Origin: Capsulimonadaceae bacterium
Lineage (GTDB): Bacteria > Armatimonadota > Armatimonadia > Armatimonadales > Capsulimonadaceae
NCBI GenBank assembly: GCA_965215505.1
Contig: OZ244065.1
Span: 3,936,001 to 4,000,000 of the forward strand
Direction of reading: 5' to 3'
Length of the DNA: 64,000 bases
Shown here piece by piece: positions 9,514 to 17,937 of this stretch (its first letter is position 1; each line of letters begins with the position of its first letter). The position numbers and the translations under genes were made by a program. The notes beneath the pieces are model-generated. The model was given only the letters and a program-made list of their open reading frames with translations, made no database searches and was not told the origin of the DNA.

Positions 9514-11580
9514 ATGCACCGCAACAACAAACTCTGGAACAACAAACTCTGGGCAGTCAACGCGCTGGCGCTGGTCGTTTTGTCGGCCTGCGCCCTTCTC
9601 GCCGCCCCGACGCCGCCCCGCGAGGTGGTGCGCTCCTCCCAAATCCTGCGCTCCTCCCAGGTCCAGCGCTCCTCCCAGGTCCTGCACTCCTCCCAGGTCC
9701 TTCACCCGACCTTTACCAGAGACATCGCCCCGGTCGTCTTCGCGCAGTGTTCCTCCTGCCACCGGGCGGGTGAGGTCGCGCCGTTCTCCCTGCTGACCTA
9801 CCGGGACGTGCGGAAGCGGGCGCGGCAGATCGCCCTCGTCACCGACCAGCGCATCATGCCGCCCTGGAAGCCTGTGCCCGGCTACGGCGAATTCCAGCAT
9901 GAGCGGCGGCTGACGGACGCACAGATCGCCCTGTTCCGGCGGTGGGCGGAGGCGGGCGCTCCCGAGGGCAAGCCCGCCGACCTGCCGCCCGCCCCGCGCT
10001 TCGCGGACGGCTGGCAGCTCGGCAAGCCCGACATGGTCCTCTCCATGCTGAAGCCCGTCACGATCCCCGCCGAGGGGCAGGACGTCAACCGCAGCTACGT
10101 CATCCCTGTCCACATGCCGAAGGGCCGCTACCTCCGGGCGGCCGAGTTCCGGCCCGGCAACCGCCGCGTCGTCCACCACGGGACGGCGATGCTGGACAGC
10201 AGCGGCAAGGCATTGGCCCTGGAAGCGCGGCAGGGCGGGCCGGGCGCGGGCTACGTCTCCTTCGGCGGGCCGGGGTTCCTTCCGTCCGGCGGGCTGCCCG
10301 GCTACGCGCCGGGCATGGGGGCCGAGGTCTTCCCCGCCGACGCCTCCGGCGTTCTCCCCAAGGACGTGGACGTCGTGATGGGGATGCACTACCATCCGGA
10401 CGGGAAACTGGAAACCGATCAGTCCTCTATCGGCCTGTATTTCACCGACACGCCCCCGGTGCGCGTCGGCTCCCTCGTCACCATGGGGGCGCTGAACCTG
10501 GTCATCGAGCCGGGCGAGAAGGCGCATCTGGAACAGGACACCTACACGCTGCCCGTGGACGTGGACGTCGAGGCCGTCTACGAACACATGCACCTGCTCG
10601 GCAAGACCTGCAAGATGTGGGCCGCGCTGCCCGACGGCACGACCCGGCCGCTGATCCGGATCAACGACTGGGACTTTAGCTGGCAGGCGACCTACCACCT
10701 GAAGCGGCGCCTGCACCTGCCCCGAGGCACCGTCCTCCACGCCGAGTGGACGCACGACAACACGGCGGACAACCCGCACCAGTTCAACACGCCGCCGAAG
10801 CGGGTCACGAACGGCGAGAACAGCACGAACGAGATGGGCGGGGCGCTGATCAACGTCTATGTCGCCGACCAGAAGGACAACGGCATCCTCTGGATCGCCA
10901 ACCTCGGCCACCTGTGGCAGTTAAGCGTCGCCCCGCCCGCCCGTCCCGCCCCTGAGAAGAGGACCAGCGCCCGCAAGAAGAGGACAACCCCGCTCGGGTA
11001 CACGCTGGCCGCGGGCGGCATCAACGGCGTCACTGACTTCCTCATCAGCCTGGACCGGTCGCCGGGCGGGACACTCGGCGGAGGCCTTGCGGGCGGCGCG
11101 GCGCTCTGCCTGGTCTGCCTTGCGGTCCCGGCGCGTCTTCTCCCGCGCGCGTCGTCGCGGGCCGCCGAGGTGCTGGCGGCCTCGCCGTGGCGCTGCCTCG
11201 GGGCCGGCCTGCTCGCGCTGCTTGCGCTGAGTCTCATCACGCCCCCTCTGCTGTTTTCCCCCAGCGCCTTCCTCCAAGCACTGGCCGTGGCCCTCTGGGG
11301 CGGTGCGCTGGCAGCCCTGCTGGCGGGGTCCGGGGGGCTGGCGCGTCGCGCGAGCCGCCGCTTCTTCCGGCAGGCCGGGCCGGACCCGACGCCCGCCGTC
11401 CTGGTGAAAGGCAGCCTTCTCCTCACTCTGCTGTTCCTGCTGCCCGTCATCGGCTGGCTGCTCGCTCCCGCCGCACTCGTCGCCTCGCTCGGCGCGGGCC
11501 TCTGCGCCCTGCGCTTGCCTCGAATCGGCGTCCGGGCGCTCCCCCGCCGCGTCCCCCTCGTGAAAGCCGCCGCCCGATGA
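9514..11580 (+). CDS. c-type cytochrome / copper type II monooxygenase, copy 3, with C-terminal multi-pass membrane extension
   Basis: CSSCH; VVHH, HYH, EHMH, NEM; about 190 aa hydrophobic tail; short tandem repeats (NNKLW x2, RSSQxx x4) near the N-terminus. Confidence 0.8.
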   Translation: MHRNNKLWNNKLWAVNALALVVLSACALLAAPTPPREVVRSSQILRSSQVQRSSQVLHSSQVLHPTFTRDIAPVVFAQCSSCHRAGEVAPFSLLTYRDVRKRARQIALVTDQRIMPPWKPVPGYGEFQHERRLTDAQIALFRRWAEAGAPEGKPADLPPAPRFADGWQLGKPDMVLSMLKPVTIPAEGQDVNRSYVIPVHMPKGRYLRAAEFRPGNRRVVHHGTAMLDSSGKALALEARQGGPGAGYVSFGGPGFLPSGGLPGYAPGMGAEVFPADASGVLPKDVDVVMGMHYHPDGKLETDQSSIGLYFTDTPPVRVGSLVTMGALNLVIEPGEKAHLEQDTYTLPVDVDVEAVYEHMHLLGKTCKMWAALPDGTTRPLIRINDWDFSWQATYHLKRRLHLPRGTVLHAEWTHDNTADNPHQFNTPPKRVTNGENSTNEMGGALINVYVADQKDNGILWIANLGHLWQLSVAPPARPAPEKRTSARKKRTTPLGYTLAAGGINGVTDFLISLDRSPGGTLGGGLAGGAALCLVCLAVPARLLPRASSRAAEVLAASPWRCLGAGLLALLALSLITPPLLFSPSAFLQALAVALWGGALAALLAGSGGLARRASRRFFRQAGPDPTPAVLVKGSLLLTLLFLLPVIGWLLAPAALVASLGAGLCALRLPRIGVRALPRRVPLVKAAAR

Positions 11581-12128
11581 AACCATCCACGCTTCGCCCG
11601 TCACGTTTGCTCCCGGCCCTGATTACCCTCCTCTGCCTGCTCGCGATTGGCTCGCGGGCGGAGGCGGGCGGCGGCCCGCTGCCGAGCGCCGTCGGCAAGA
11701 AGGCCGTCGTGCTGCTGTTCATCGCCCGCGACTGCCCCGTCTCGAACTCCTACGCGCCCGAGATCGAGCGCATCATCGCCCGCTACACGCCCCTGAAGGT
11801 CGGCTTTACGCTCGTCTACCCGGACCCCGACACGTCGCTCGCCGCCGCCCGGCAGCACGCGAAGGACTATGGCTACACCTGCCCCCTCCTTCTGGACTCA
11901 GCCCACAAACTGGTGCGCCGGGCCGGCGCGACCGTCACGCCCGAGGCCGCCGTGTTCGCGCCGGGCGGCAGACTGCTTTACCGGGGCCGCATTGACGACC
12001 TCTACCTCGGCTTCGGCAAGCGCCGCAACGCCGCCACCCGTCACGACCTGCGGGACGCCCTCGACGCCGTCCTGGCCGGGCACGCCGTCCCCGCGCCCCG
12101 GACGGAGGCCATCGGCTGCTTCATCTGA
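11577..12128 (+). CDS. Exported redoxin (AhpC/TSA, thioredoxin fold)
   Basis: ATGA overlap with the upstream stop; signal peptide; DCPVS, GATVTPE, YRGRIDD, C-terminal GCFI. Confidence 0.85.
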   Translation: MKPSTLRPSRLLPALITLLCLLAIGSRAEAGGGPLPSAVGKKAVVLLFIARDCPVSNSYAPEIERIIARYTPLKVGFTLVYPDPDTSLAAARQHAKDYGYTCPLLLDSAHKLVRRAGATVTPEAAVFAPGGRLLYRGRIDDLYLGFGKRRNAATRHDLRDALDAVLAGHAVPAPRTEAIGCFI

Positions 12129-12187
12129 GGAGTGTAGTGGTTTTTCCCGCACCGCGCGCGGGTAAAGGGCGGGAGAGGTAAGCAACT

Positions 12188-12481
12188 ATGACGATGGAAC
12201 AACTGCGCCAGGCACCCGCGCCGGGCCTGGGCCTGGACCCCGAAGACAGCGGAAATCTCGCCCCGACCAACCAGGACGCGCTCACCGAGGATCCCGACGA
12301 GGAACTGCCGGACGACGACTCGATGGACGGCCTGCCCGACGGCGACCGGCAGCTCACGACCGACAGCACGGCCTTGGATGGCGGCGGGGCGGGGGAGAGC
12401 GGGGATTACACCGGCGGCGGCACCAACGACAGCGACCTGGGCGCGGACGTGGCCGGCGACATCGGGCCAAAGCACGATTAG
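12188..12481 (+). CDS. Small, highly acidic, probably disordered protein
   Basis: RBS GGAGAGG; D/E/G-rich 97 aa; GC-rich third codon positions. Confidence 0.65.
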   Translation: MTMEQLRQAPAPGLGLDPEDSGNLAPTNQDALTEDPDEELPDDDSMDGLPDGDRQLTTDSTALDGGGAGESGDYTGGGTNDSDLGADVAGDIGPKHD

Positions 12482-12499
12482 GGGCGGCTCCTGCAACCT

Positions 12500-12597
12500 G
12501 TAGGGGCGCGATTCATCGCGCCCTTCTGTTGCGGCCCGCGTAAGGCAGAGGAAGAGGGCGCGGCGGGAGAAGAGGGCGCGATGAATCGCGCCCCTAC
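12500..12597. repeat. GTAG-type REP pair (REPIN-like)
   Basis: gtaggggcgcgattcatcgcgccc (12500-12523) and its exact reverse complement (12574-12597) between convergent genes. Confidence 0.85.
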
Positions 12598-12622
12598 GCC
12601 AGACGGAGTGCAGGCCAGCCGG

Positions 12623-15600
12623 TCACAGCGGGCAGATCAGGCTGTACGCGCACGAACGGCATTCGTCGCCCGACTCGGGCCGGGCCGGGAACAGGCCGAG
12701 CTGGATGCCGCGTGCGGCCTTCTCGTATTTCGCCAGCCTGTCGCCCTCCCACTTCAACTCCTGCTTCTTCTCCGGCGGCGCGATGGCCTTGATGGTGCCG
12801 TCGGACAGGTAACGAAGCTCGACGCGGACCGGCGTGTCCGGGTGGGTCTGCGTGGCCGCGCGGCGGTACAGGGCGAGTTTCTTGTCCGTGTGGTCGCTGT
12901 CGCCGGGCCGGCCGGTGAGGTGGCGGGCGACGATCAGGGTTCCGTCCTCCGTGTCCCGGCGGATCACATCGGGCCGCACATGGACGTGGCAGTTTGACAG
13001 CGTCGCGCGCAGCGACTTGATCCCCGCCCGCTGCTCCGTTTCGGCCCCCAATGCCCCGCCCGCGCGCAGCATCCCCAGCGCGCTTTCTTTGTACTTCGCC
13101 TCGTGCAGATGCCCGACCGGGCCGTGTTCCGCCCAGATGGCCTCCAAACGCGCCTCGGCCTCCGCCGCCGTGGGCGGCTGCCCCGCTTCGCGCGCGTCTT
13201 CCAGCCAGTGCAGGGTCCGGCGGACGCAGGCGTGGAACTGCGGGTAGCCGTCCCCGCCGAACGCGCCGGGCAGCTTCAAGCTCTGTCCGTAGTGGTACTG
13301 GCGCGGGCAGCGCCCATACGTCTCCAGGGCCGACGACGAGTACTCCGGCAGGGCCTCGGGCGTCGGCGTTATTAGGTCGTCCGCCTCGGGCGCGGGCGCA
13401 CGCCCTGCCGGCCAGGCCGTCTCGGCGATGCCGCGCTCCTGCAAATGCGGCTGGATCAGGGCCAGCAGCGGGGAGGGCGCGACGGCCTTGTCGGCGGCGT
13501 TCCTCTCGGCCCGCGAAAGGACGATGTGGTCGCGGGCGCGGGACAGGGCGACGAAGAACAGGCAATGCTCCTCGTCCAGCTCCTCGCCCGCCGCGTCCGC
13601 CAGGCCCGGCGGGGTGGGGATGCCGTCGCTCCGGCCCCGCGTGGGGAACTGACCCGCGCCCAGGTTCGGCAGGAAGACGACCGGGTATTCCAGCCCCTTG
13701 GCGGCGTGGGCCGTCAGCAGGCGGACGGCGTCCAGCGCCTCGGCCTCGGGCGGCAGGCTCCCGCGCGGAGCGCCGCCGGACGCCTGAAGCCGGCGCAGGT
13801 GGGCCAGGAACGCGCGGACGCTGTTCGGCGACCCGTGCGGCGTCCGGGGCGCGACCAGGCGCTTGCCCGCGTCGGCGGCCATCCCCAGCAGTTGATGGAT
13901 CGCCAGGGTGCGGGCCAGCCGCGCCAGCTCGCGAGGCTCACCTGCCGTCAGGTGCCGCAGATAGTCGGACAGCCCGAACAAATAGTGCCGCAACAGGGCG
14001 GCCGGGTCGTTCTCCATCGTCTCCAGTTCGGCCAGGTGCGCCGCCAGTTTCGCCAAACCAGGGTGCAGGCCAGGCTCGCTTAACGCTTCCAGCAGCGGCG
14101 TCTCGGCCCGGCCCATCTGCGTCAGGAAGGCCAGCGCGTCCGCCTGCGGGACGGCGTATTCGGGGAACGCGGCCACGCGGATCAGCGCGGAGCCGTCGGG
14201 GTCGGCGAACAGGGCCAGCAGGCAGAGCAGGTCCTTGATCTCGGGCCGTTCCAGCAGCGCGCCCAGATAAAGGACGGGGATGTCGCGCGCCGCCAGCAGG
14301 CCCGCCAGCGCCTCCGCCTGGGCGTGTGACCGGCACAGGATGGCCTGGTGGCGGTGGTCACAGCCGGCGGCCTTCAGGTCTTTGACGGCCTGCGCGATGC
14401 CCTCCGCCTGCCCGACATCGTCGGGCGAGACGGCCAATGTGACGGCGGGGTGGGGCGGGTTTTCGTGCGTGCCACGGTGCGCGCGCCAGACGGAAACATC
14501 GGGAAGGACAGGAGGGTAGGACGGGAGAAGAGGGCGGGGGGACCCCGCCCCTACGCCATTCCCTGTAGGGGCGGGGTCCCCCCGCCCTTCTTTGTCCTGC
14601 CCGTCCTTGCCTGGTTCCATCATCCCGCTCGCCGCGCCGAACAGGTCCACGATGGGTGCCCGCGAGCGGTAGTTGACGCCAAGTTCCAGCCGCCGCCCCG
14701 TCGGGTAGTCCCGCTCGAAGGCGGCGACGTTGGCGGGGGAGGCCCCCTGGAACTGGTAGATGCTCTGCCGGTGGTCGCCGACCGCCCACAGGCCTTGGGC
14801 TTGTTCCCCGGCCAGCAGGCGGACCAGGCGGGCGCAGGCGCGGTTGACGTCCTGGTATTCGTCTGCCAGGACGTGTGGGTACTCGCCTTGCAGGTCCGCC
14901 AGGACGGCGGGGTGGCTTTCCAAAAGCTCCACCGTCCGCGAGATCAGGCCGCCGAAGTCCAGGAAGCCGCTCTCAGCCAGCAGGCGCTCGTAGACCGCGT
15001 AGCAGTGCGCGACCTCGGCCGCCTTCGCGGCCTGCGCTTGCCTCTTGGCGGCGTCTTCCAGCTTGCCTTTCAGGCCCTTGTCGCTGCCCGCCGCCTGCAC
15101 CTGCGCTTCCAGGGCGGCCATCGCGGCGTCGGCGGGGGCCTGCATCGCCGCGCAGAGTTCGGCGTAACGCGCCGGCGGGCAAAGCTCGTCCTTGGCCCGC
15201 CCGATCTGCCCTAAAATCCCGCCCAGGTGGATGGCCGGGTTATAGAGGTTGTCCAGCGCGTCCAGCTTCAGTTCGGCGAGATTGTTTTCCAGCAGCGTCA
15301 CGCCGTCCAGAGTGTTCAGCAGCTTGATGTCGCCGGTCAGCCCGATCTTTCCCCCGTAGCGGCGCAGCACTTCCAGGCCGAACGAGTGGAACGTCCCCAC
15401 CCACGGCCCGGCCTTCTCGGACCCGACGCCCGCCGCGACCAGGCGCTCCTTCATCTCCCCGGCGGCCTTGCGGGAGAAGGTGAGGGCCAATATCTGCGGG
15501 GCCGGAACACCCAACCGCTGAGTCAGGAATTGGCAGCGGCCCACCAGCGTCTTGGTCTTGCCCGTCCCCGGCCCGGCCCCGAGCAGCAGCGGGCCGCAGG

Positions 15601-16228
15601 AGATTTGCGCCGCCGCCTGCTGCGATTCGTCAAGCGTCACGTCGGCGGATGCGGGCGTCGGCGCTGCCTCTGTCACCCCGTCGCAGTGCGGCAGCAGGAG
15701 GGCGTCGGCGAGCTGCATCTGGACCATGCCGGTCGGCAGACCTAGTGCCTCGGCGATGGCCCCCGCCGACTGCCCTTCCTCGCTGAACAGGCTGCGGGCC
15801 AATGGGCTAGGCAACAGCATTTCGGCGGCGTAGACGTTCGCCTCGTTCTCGCGCCTCTGTTTGGGCGCGTAGCCCTCCACCTTGCTCATCGCGCCCGCCG
15901 TGGCCTCGGCGGTTTGGGACAGGTCGAGGTCGCCGGCCGTGCAGGAGATGGCCTCGGCGTGGAGCCAGAAGTGGGCGAACTCGTGTACGGCATCGAACGC
16001 CTGCATGGCGAAGGGCCGGGAGCCGTCCTGGTAGATGGCCGACATCTCGTGGTCCAGCACCGCCGAGGCCCCCGCCAGCAGGGCATCATCCGGCGTGAGG
16101 AAATGCCGCACGAGGCCCGTGGCATGGAGACACGCCTCCACCACCGACTGCGCCGGCAGGGCTTCCTCTACCAGCAGTCCTAATTCCAGCCGCCGCGCCC
16201 GCGCCTGCCGCCGTATTTCACTACTCAT
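12623..16228 (-). CDS. ImmA/IrrE-like Zn metallopeptidase + UvrD/PcrA (SF1A) helicase + AddB/Cas4-like FeS PD-(D/E)XK domain fusion
   Basis: HEFAHFWLH and ENEANVYAAEMLLP; LDESQ, AGPGTGKT, LTFSRKAA, TFHSF, DEYQD, VGDHRQSIYQF, NYRS, TAHAAKGLEY, FVALSRARD; SSSALETYGRCPRQY...CRSCAYSLIC. Confidence 0.9.
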   Translation of the reverse strand: MSSEIRRQARARRLELGLLVEEALPAQSVVEACLHATGLVRHFLTPDDALLAGASAVLDHEMSAIYQDGSRPFAMQAFDAVHEFAHFWLHAEAISCTAGDLDLSQTAEATAGAMSKVEGYAPKQRRENEANVYAAEMLLPSPLARSLFSEEGQSAGAIAEALGLPTGMVQMQLADALLLPHCDGVTEAAPTPASADVTLDESQQAAAQISCGPLLLGAGPGTGKTKTLVGRCQFLTQRLGVPAPQILALTFSRKAAGEMKERLVAAGVGSEKAGPWVGTFHSFGLEVLRRYGGKIGLTGDIKLLNTLDGVTLLENNLAELKLDALDNLYNPAIHLGGILGQIGRAKDELCPPARYAELCAAMQAPADAAMAALEAQVQAAGSDKGLKGKLEDAAKRQAQAAKAAEVAHCYAVYERLLAESGFLDFGGLISRTVELLESHPAVLADLQGEYPHVLADEYQDVNRACARLVRLLAGEQAQGLWAVGDHRQSIYQFQGASPANVAAFERDYPTGRRLELGVNYRSRAPIVDLFGAASGMMEPGKDGQDKEGRGDPAPTGNGVGAGSPRPLLPSYPPVLPDVSVWRAHRGTHENPPHPAVTLAVSPDDVGQAEGIAQAVKDLKAAGCDHRHQAILCRSHAQAEALAGLLAARDIPVLYLGALLERPEIKDLLCLLALFADPDGSALIRVAAFPEYAVPQADALAFLTQMGRAETPLLEALSEPGLHPGLAKLAAHLAELETMENDPAALLRHYLFGLSDYLRHLTAGEPRELARLARTLAIHQLLGMAADAGKRLVAPRTPHGSPNSVRAFLAHLRRLQASGGAPRGSLPPEAEALDAVRLLTAHAAKGLEYPVVFLPNLGAGQFPTRGRSDGIPTPPGLADAAGEELDEEHCLFFVALSRARDHIVLSRAERNAADKAVAPSPLLALIQPHLQERGIAETAWPAGRAPAPEADDLITPTPEALPEYSSSALETYGRCPRQYHYGQSLKLPGAFGGDGYPQFHACVRRTLHWLEDAREAGQPPTAAEAEARLEAIWAEHGPVGHLHEAKYKESALGMLRAGGALGAETEQRAGIKSLRATLSNCHVHVRPDVIRRDTEDGTLIVARHLTGRPGDSDHTDKKLALYRRAATQTHPDTPVRVELRYLSDGTIKAIAPPEKKQELKWEGDRLAKYEKAARGIQLGLFPARPESGDECRSCAYSLICPL
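14532..14587. repeat. GTAG-type REP pair inside the helicase CDS
   Basis: gggcggggggaccccgcccctac + 10 nt + exact reverse complement; first arm identical to 17798-17820. Confidence 0.8.
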
Positions 16229-16877
16229 CTCCGAGTGTCCCCTCGCTTTCTATTTCCACATGCCAATAGTCCCGGTCGGCCTGTGGCAGACCGCCGAGGA
16301 CATCCTCAAACTTTTGTCGTGGTCCCGACTCGCGCAGGACCGGTGCCTGCCTGGACTTATATTGCGCGCCCGATGCCAGCCGGGGGGGCAGCCGCAGGTA
16401 CGCCTCTACTTCGTCCGCCGAGCGGCCCAACGCCTGCGCGGCCCGCTTGGCCAGCGAGCGCGGGAGCGAGGCGGCGTCCAGCAGCCTCTGGTTCAGGCGG
16501 GAGAGGGCGAGCGTGTCCAGGCGCAGTGCTTGGGCGAACTCGCGGGCGGTCAGGCCGCGCGCCTTGGCCTCGTCCACCAGGCTGACCAGCGGCTTGGGCG
16601 GGGCGAAATGGCGGTCCAGGGCAGCCCGGCCCAGGGCAACGGTTTCGGGGTCCTCGGGGCCGCCTTCCAGCGGGTCGGTCAGCGACAGGCCCGCCGCGAA
16701 CCCGGCGAGGCTGACCTCCACCAGCGCGTCGGCGTGGGCCGGGTACTGCGCCGCCCACTCGCGCAGCAGAGTCCGGTCGCCGGGGGCAGCTTGGGACGCC
16801 TGCGCGTAGGCGAACAGGACGTCGTCCGCTTCCACTTCGGTCAGGCTGGGGTCATCGGGGACTGCTTTTTCGTTCAT
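16221..16877 (-). CDS. Hypothetical protein: anti-sigma-like N-terminus and XRE-like HTH
   Basis: Overlaps both neighbours (4 and 8 bp); LREWAAQYPAHADAL; GLTAREFAQALRLDTLALSRLNQR. Confidence 0.75.
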   Translation of the reverse strand: MNEKAVPDDPSLTEVEADDVLFAYAQASQAAPGDRTLLREWAAQYPAHADALVEVSLAGFAAGLSLTDPLEGGPEDPETVALGRAALDRHFAPPKPLVSLVDEAKARGLTAREFAQALRLDTLALSRLNQRLLDAASLPRSLAKRAAQALGRSADEVEAYLRLPPRLASGAQYKSRQAPVLRESGPRQKFEDVLGGLPQADRDYWHVEIESEGTLGDE

Positions 16878-17599
16878 CGCGTGTCTTCATTCCAGAATGC
16901 CTGGGCGGTCTTCGCCCAGTTGCGGAGGGTGCGGTCGGTGACGCCGAGCCGCGTGCCGATCTCTCGATCCGTGAAGCCGTGCAGCCGCAGGTGGACCATC
17001 TCGGCGACGCGCGGGTGCCTCTGCGCCAGCCGCCGACAGAAGGCGGCGTCTTCTATCGCCGTGAAGGCGTTCACAGGGTCGGCGATCTGTGCCAGGCCGT
17101 CATGCTCCTCGCCGTCCGCGTCCATGCGCGCCAGCGAAACCGCGTCTTCGCGCCGCCGCCTCGCCGCCCTCCATGTGTTGATGAGGCACCGGTTGAAGCA
17201 GCCGGTGAAGTTGCACTCCCATAGCTCCTTGCCTGGCCCCAGGTCCAATGCAGCCTGCACGACCGCAATGATCGTCTCCTGCTTGGCGTCGGTCTTCTCT
17301 TCGGGTGTCAGGCCGGACCACGCCGCGACTCGCTTGGCGATGCTGTGGCTGACGCGCCGGACCAGGGCGTCCATGACGCGCCGGGAGGCGTCCGCGTCCC
17401 CCGCCTTTTGGTAAGCGCGGGCCATCGCGACCAGCGTTTCCCAGGTCAAGCCGTCCCCGCCCGCCCGCATCAGGGCCGCGTCACGGGACAGCCGCGCCAC
17501 CTCGGACAGCTCCCGGATGACGCCCTCGGGGCGCGTCCGCACTTGCAGCGGGCGCAGGAACTCGGCCCTGCCTTCGGCGTCCTCTGTGTCTCTACTCAT
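16874..17599 (-). CDS. Divergent sigma-70 (ECF-type) RNA polymerase sigma factor
   Basis: Region 2-like (DAKQETII...NRCLINTWRAARRR) and region 4 HTH (LRLHGFTDREIGTRLGVTDRTLRNW). Confidence 0.75.
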   Translation of the reverse strand: MSRDTEDAEGRAEFLRPLQVRTRPEGVIRELSEVARLSRDAALMRAGGDGLTWETLVAMARAYQKAGDADASRRVMDALVRRVSHSIAKRVAAWSGLTPEEKTDAKQETIIAVVQAALDLGPGKELWECNFTGCFNRCLINTWRAARRRREDAVSLARMDADGEEHDGLAQIADPVNAFTAIEDAAFCRRLAQRHPRVAEMVHLRLHGFTDREIGTRLGVTDRTLRNWAKTAQAFWNEDTR

Positions 17600-17669
17600 G
17601 GTGATTTCTTGAAAGCGGAAAACGATTTCCGCTTCTCGCGGAAAGGCGCGAGTGGGGAAGTGTCAGCAC

Positions 17670-17699
17670 AGTATAACACAGGCGGGCGGGTTGAGGCAA
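17670..17699 (-). promoter_or_regulatory. Putative sigma-70 promoter of the sigma/HTH/helicase operon
   Basis: Minus strand TTGCCT-N18-TATACT with extended TG; imperfect inverted repeat aagcggaaa...tttccgctt in the leader (~17611-17637). Confidence 0.5.
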
Positions 17700-17711
17700 A
17701 TGAGTAAGGAC

Positions 17712-17897
17712 GCCACGGGTTGAAACCCGAGGCTTGGAAGTGCCCACCGTCGAAGCGACGTTAAGAGCGACAAGGATCGGAGGGCGAGAAACAAAGAGGG
17801 CGGGGGGACCCCGCCCCTACCCGGTCATGCTCTTAGGTTCATGTCTTGCGTCCCCTGGACGCTGGGCTTTTCGGAGCCTCGGGTTTCAACCCGTGGC
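17712..17897. repeat. MITE/REP-like element family B with a nested GTAG REP
   Basis: Terminal IR gccacgggttgaaacccgaggct / agcctcgggtttcaacccgtggc, shared with 32226-32366; GTAG-type arm at 17798-17820. Confidence 0.85.
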
Positions 17898-17937
17898 TCC
17901 CCGCCGCTGAACGCACCCGAAGAACACGGAGACTACC

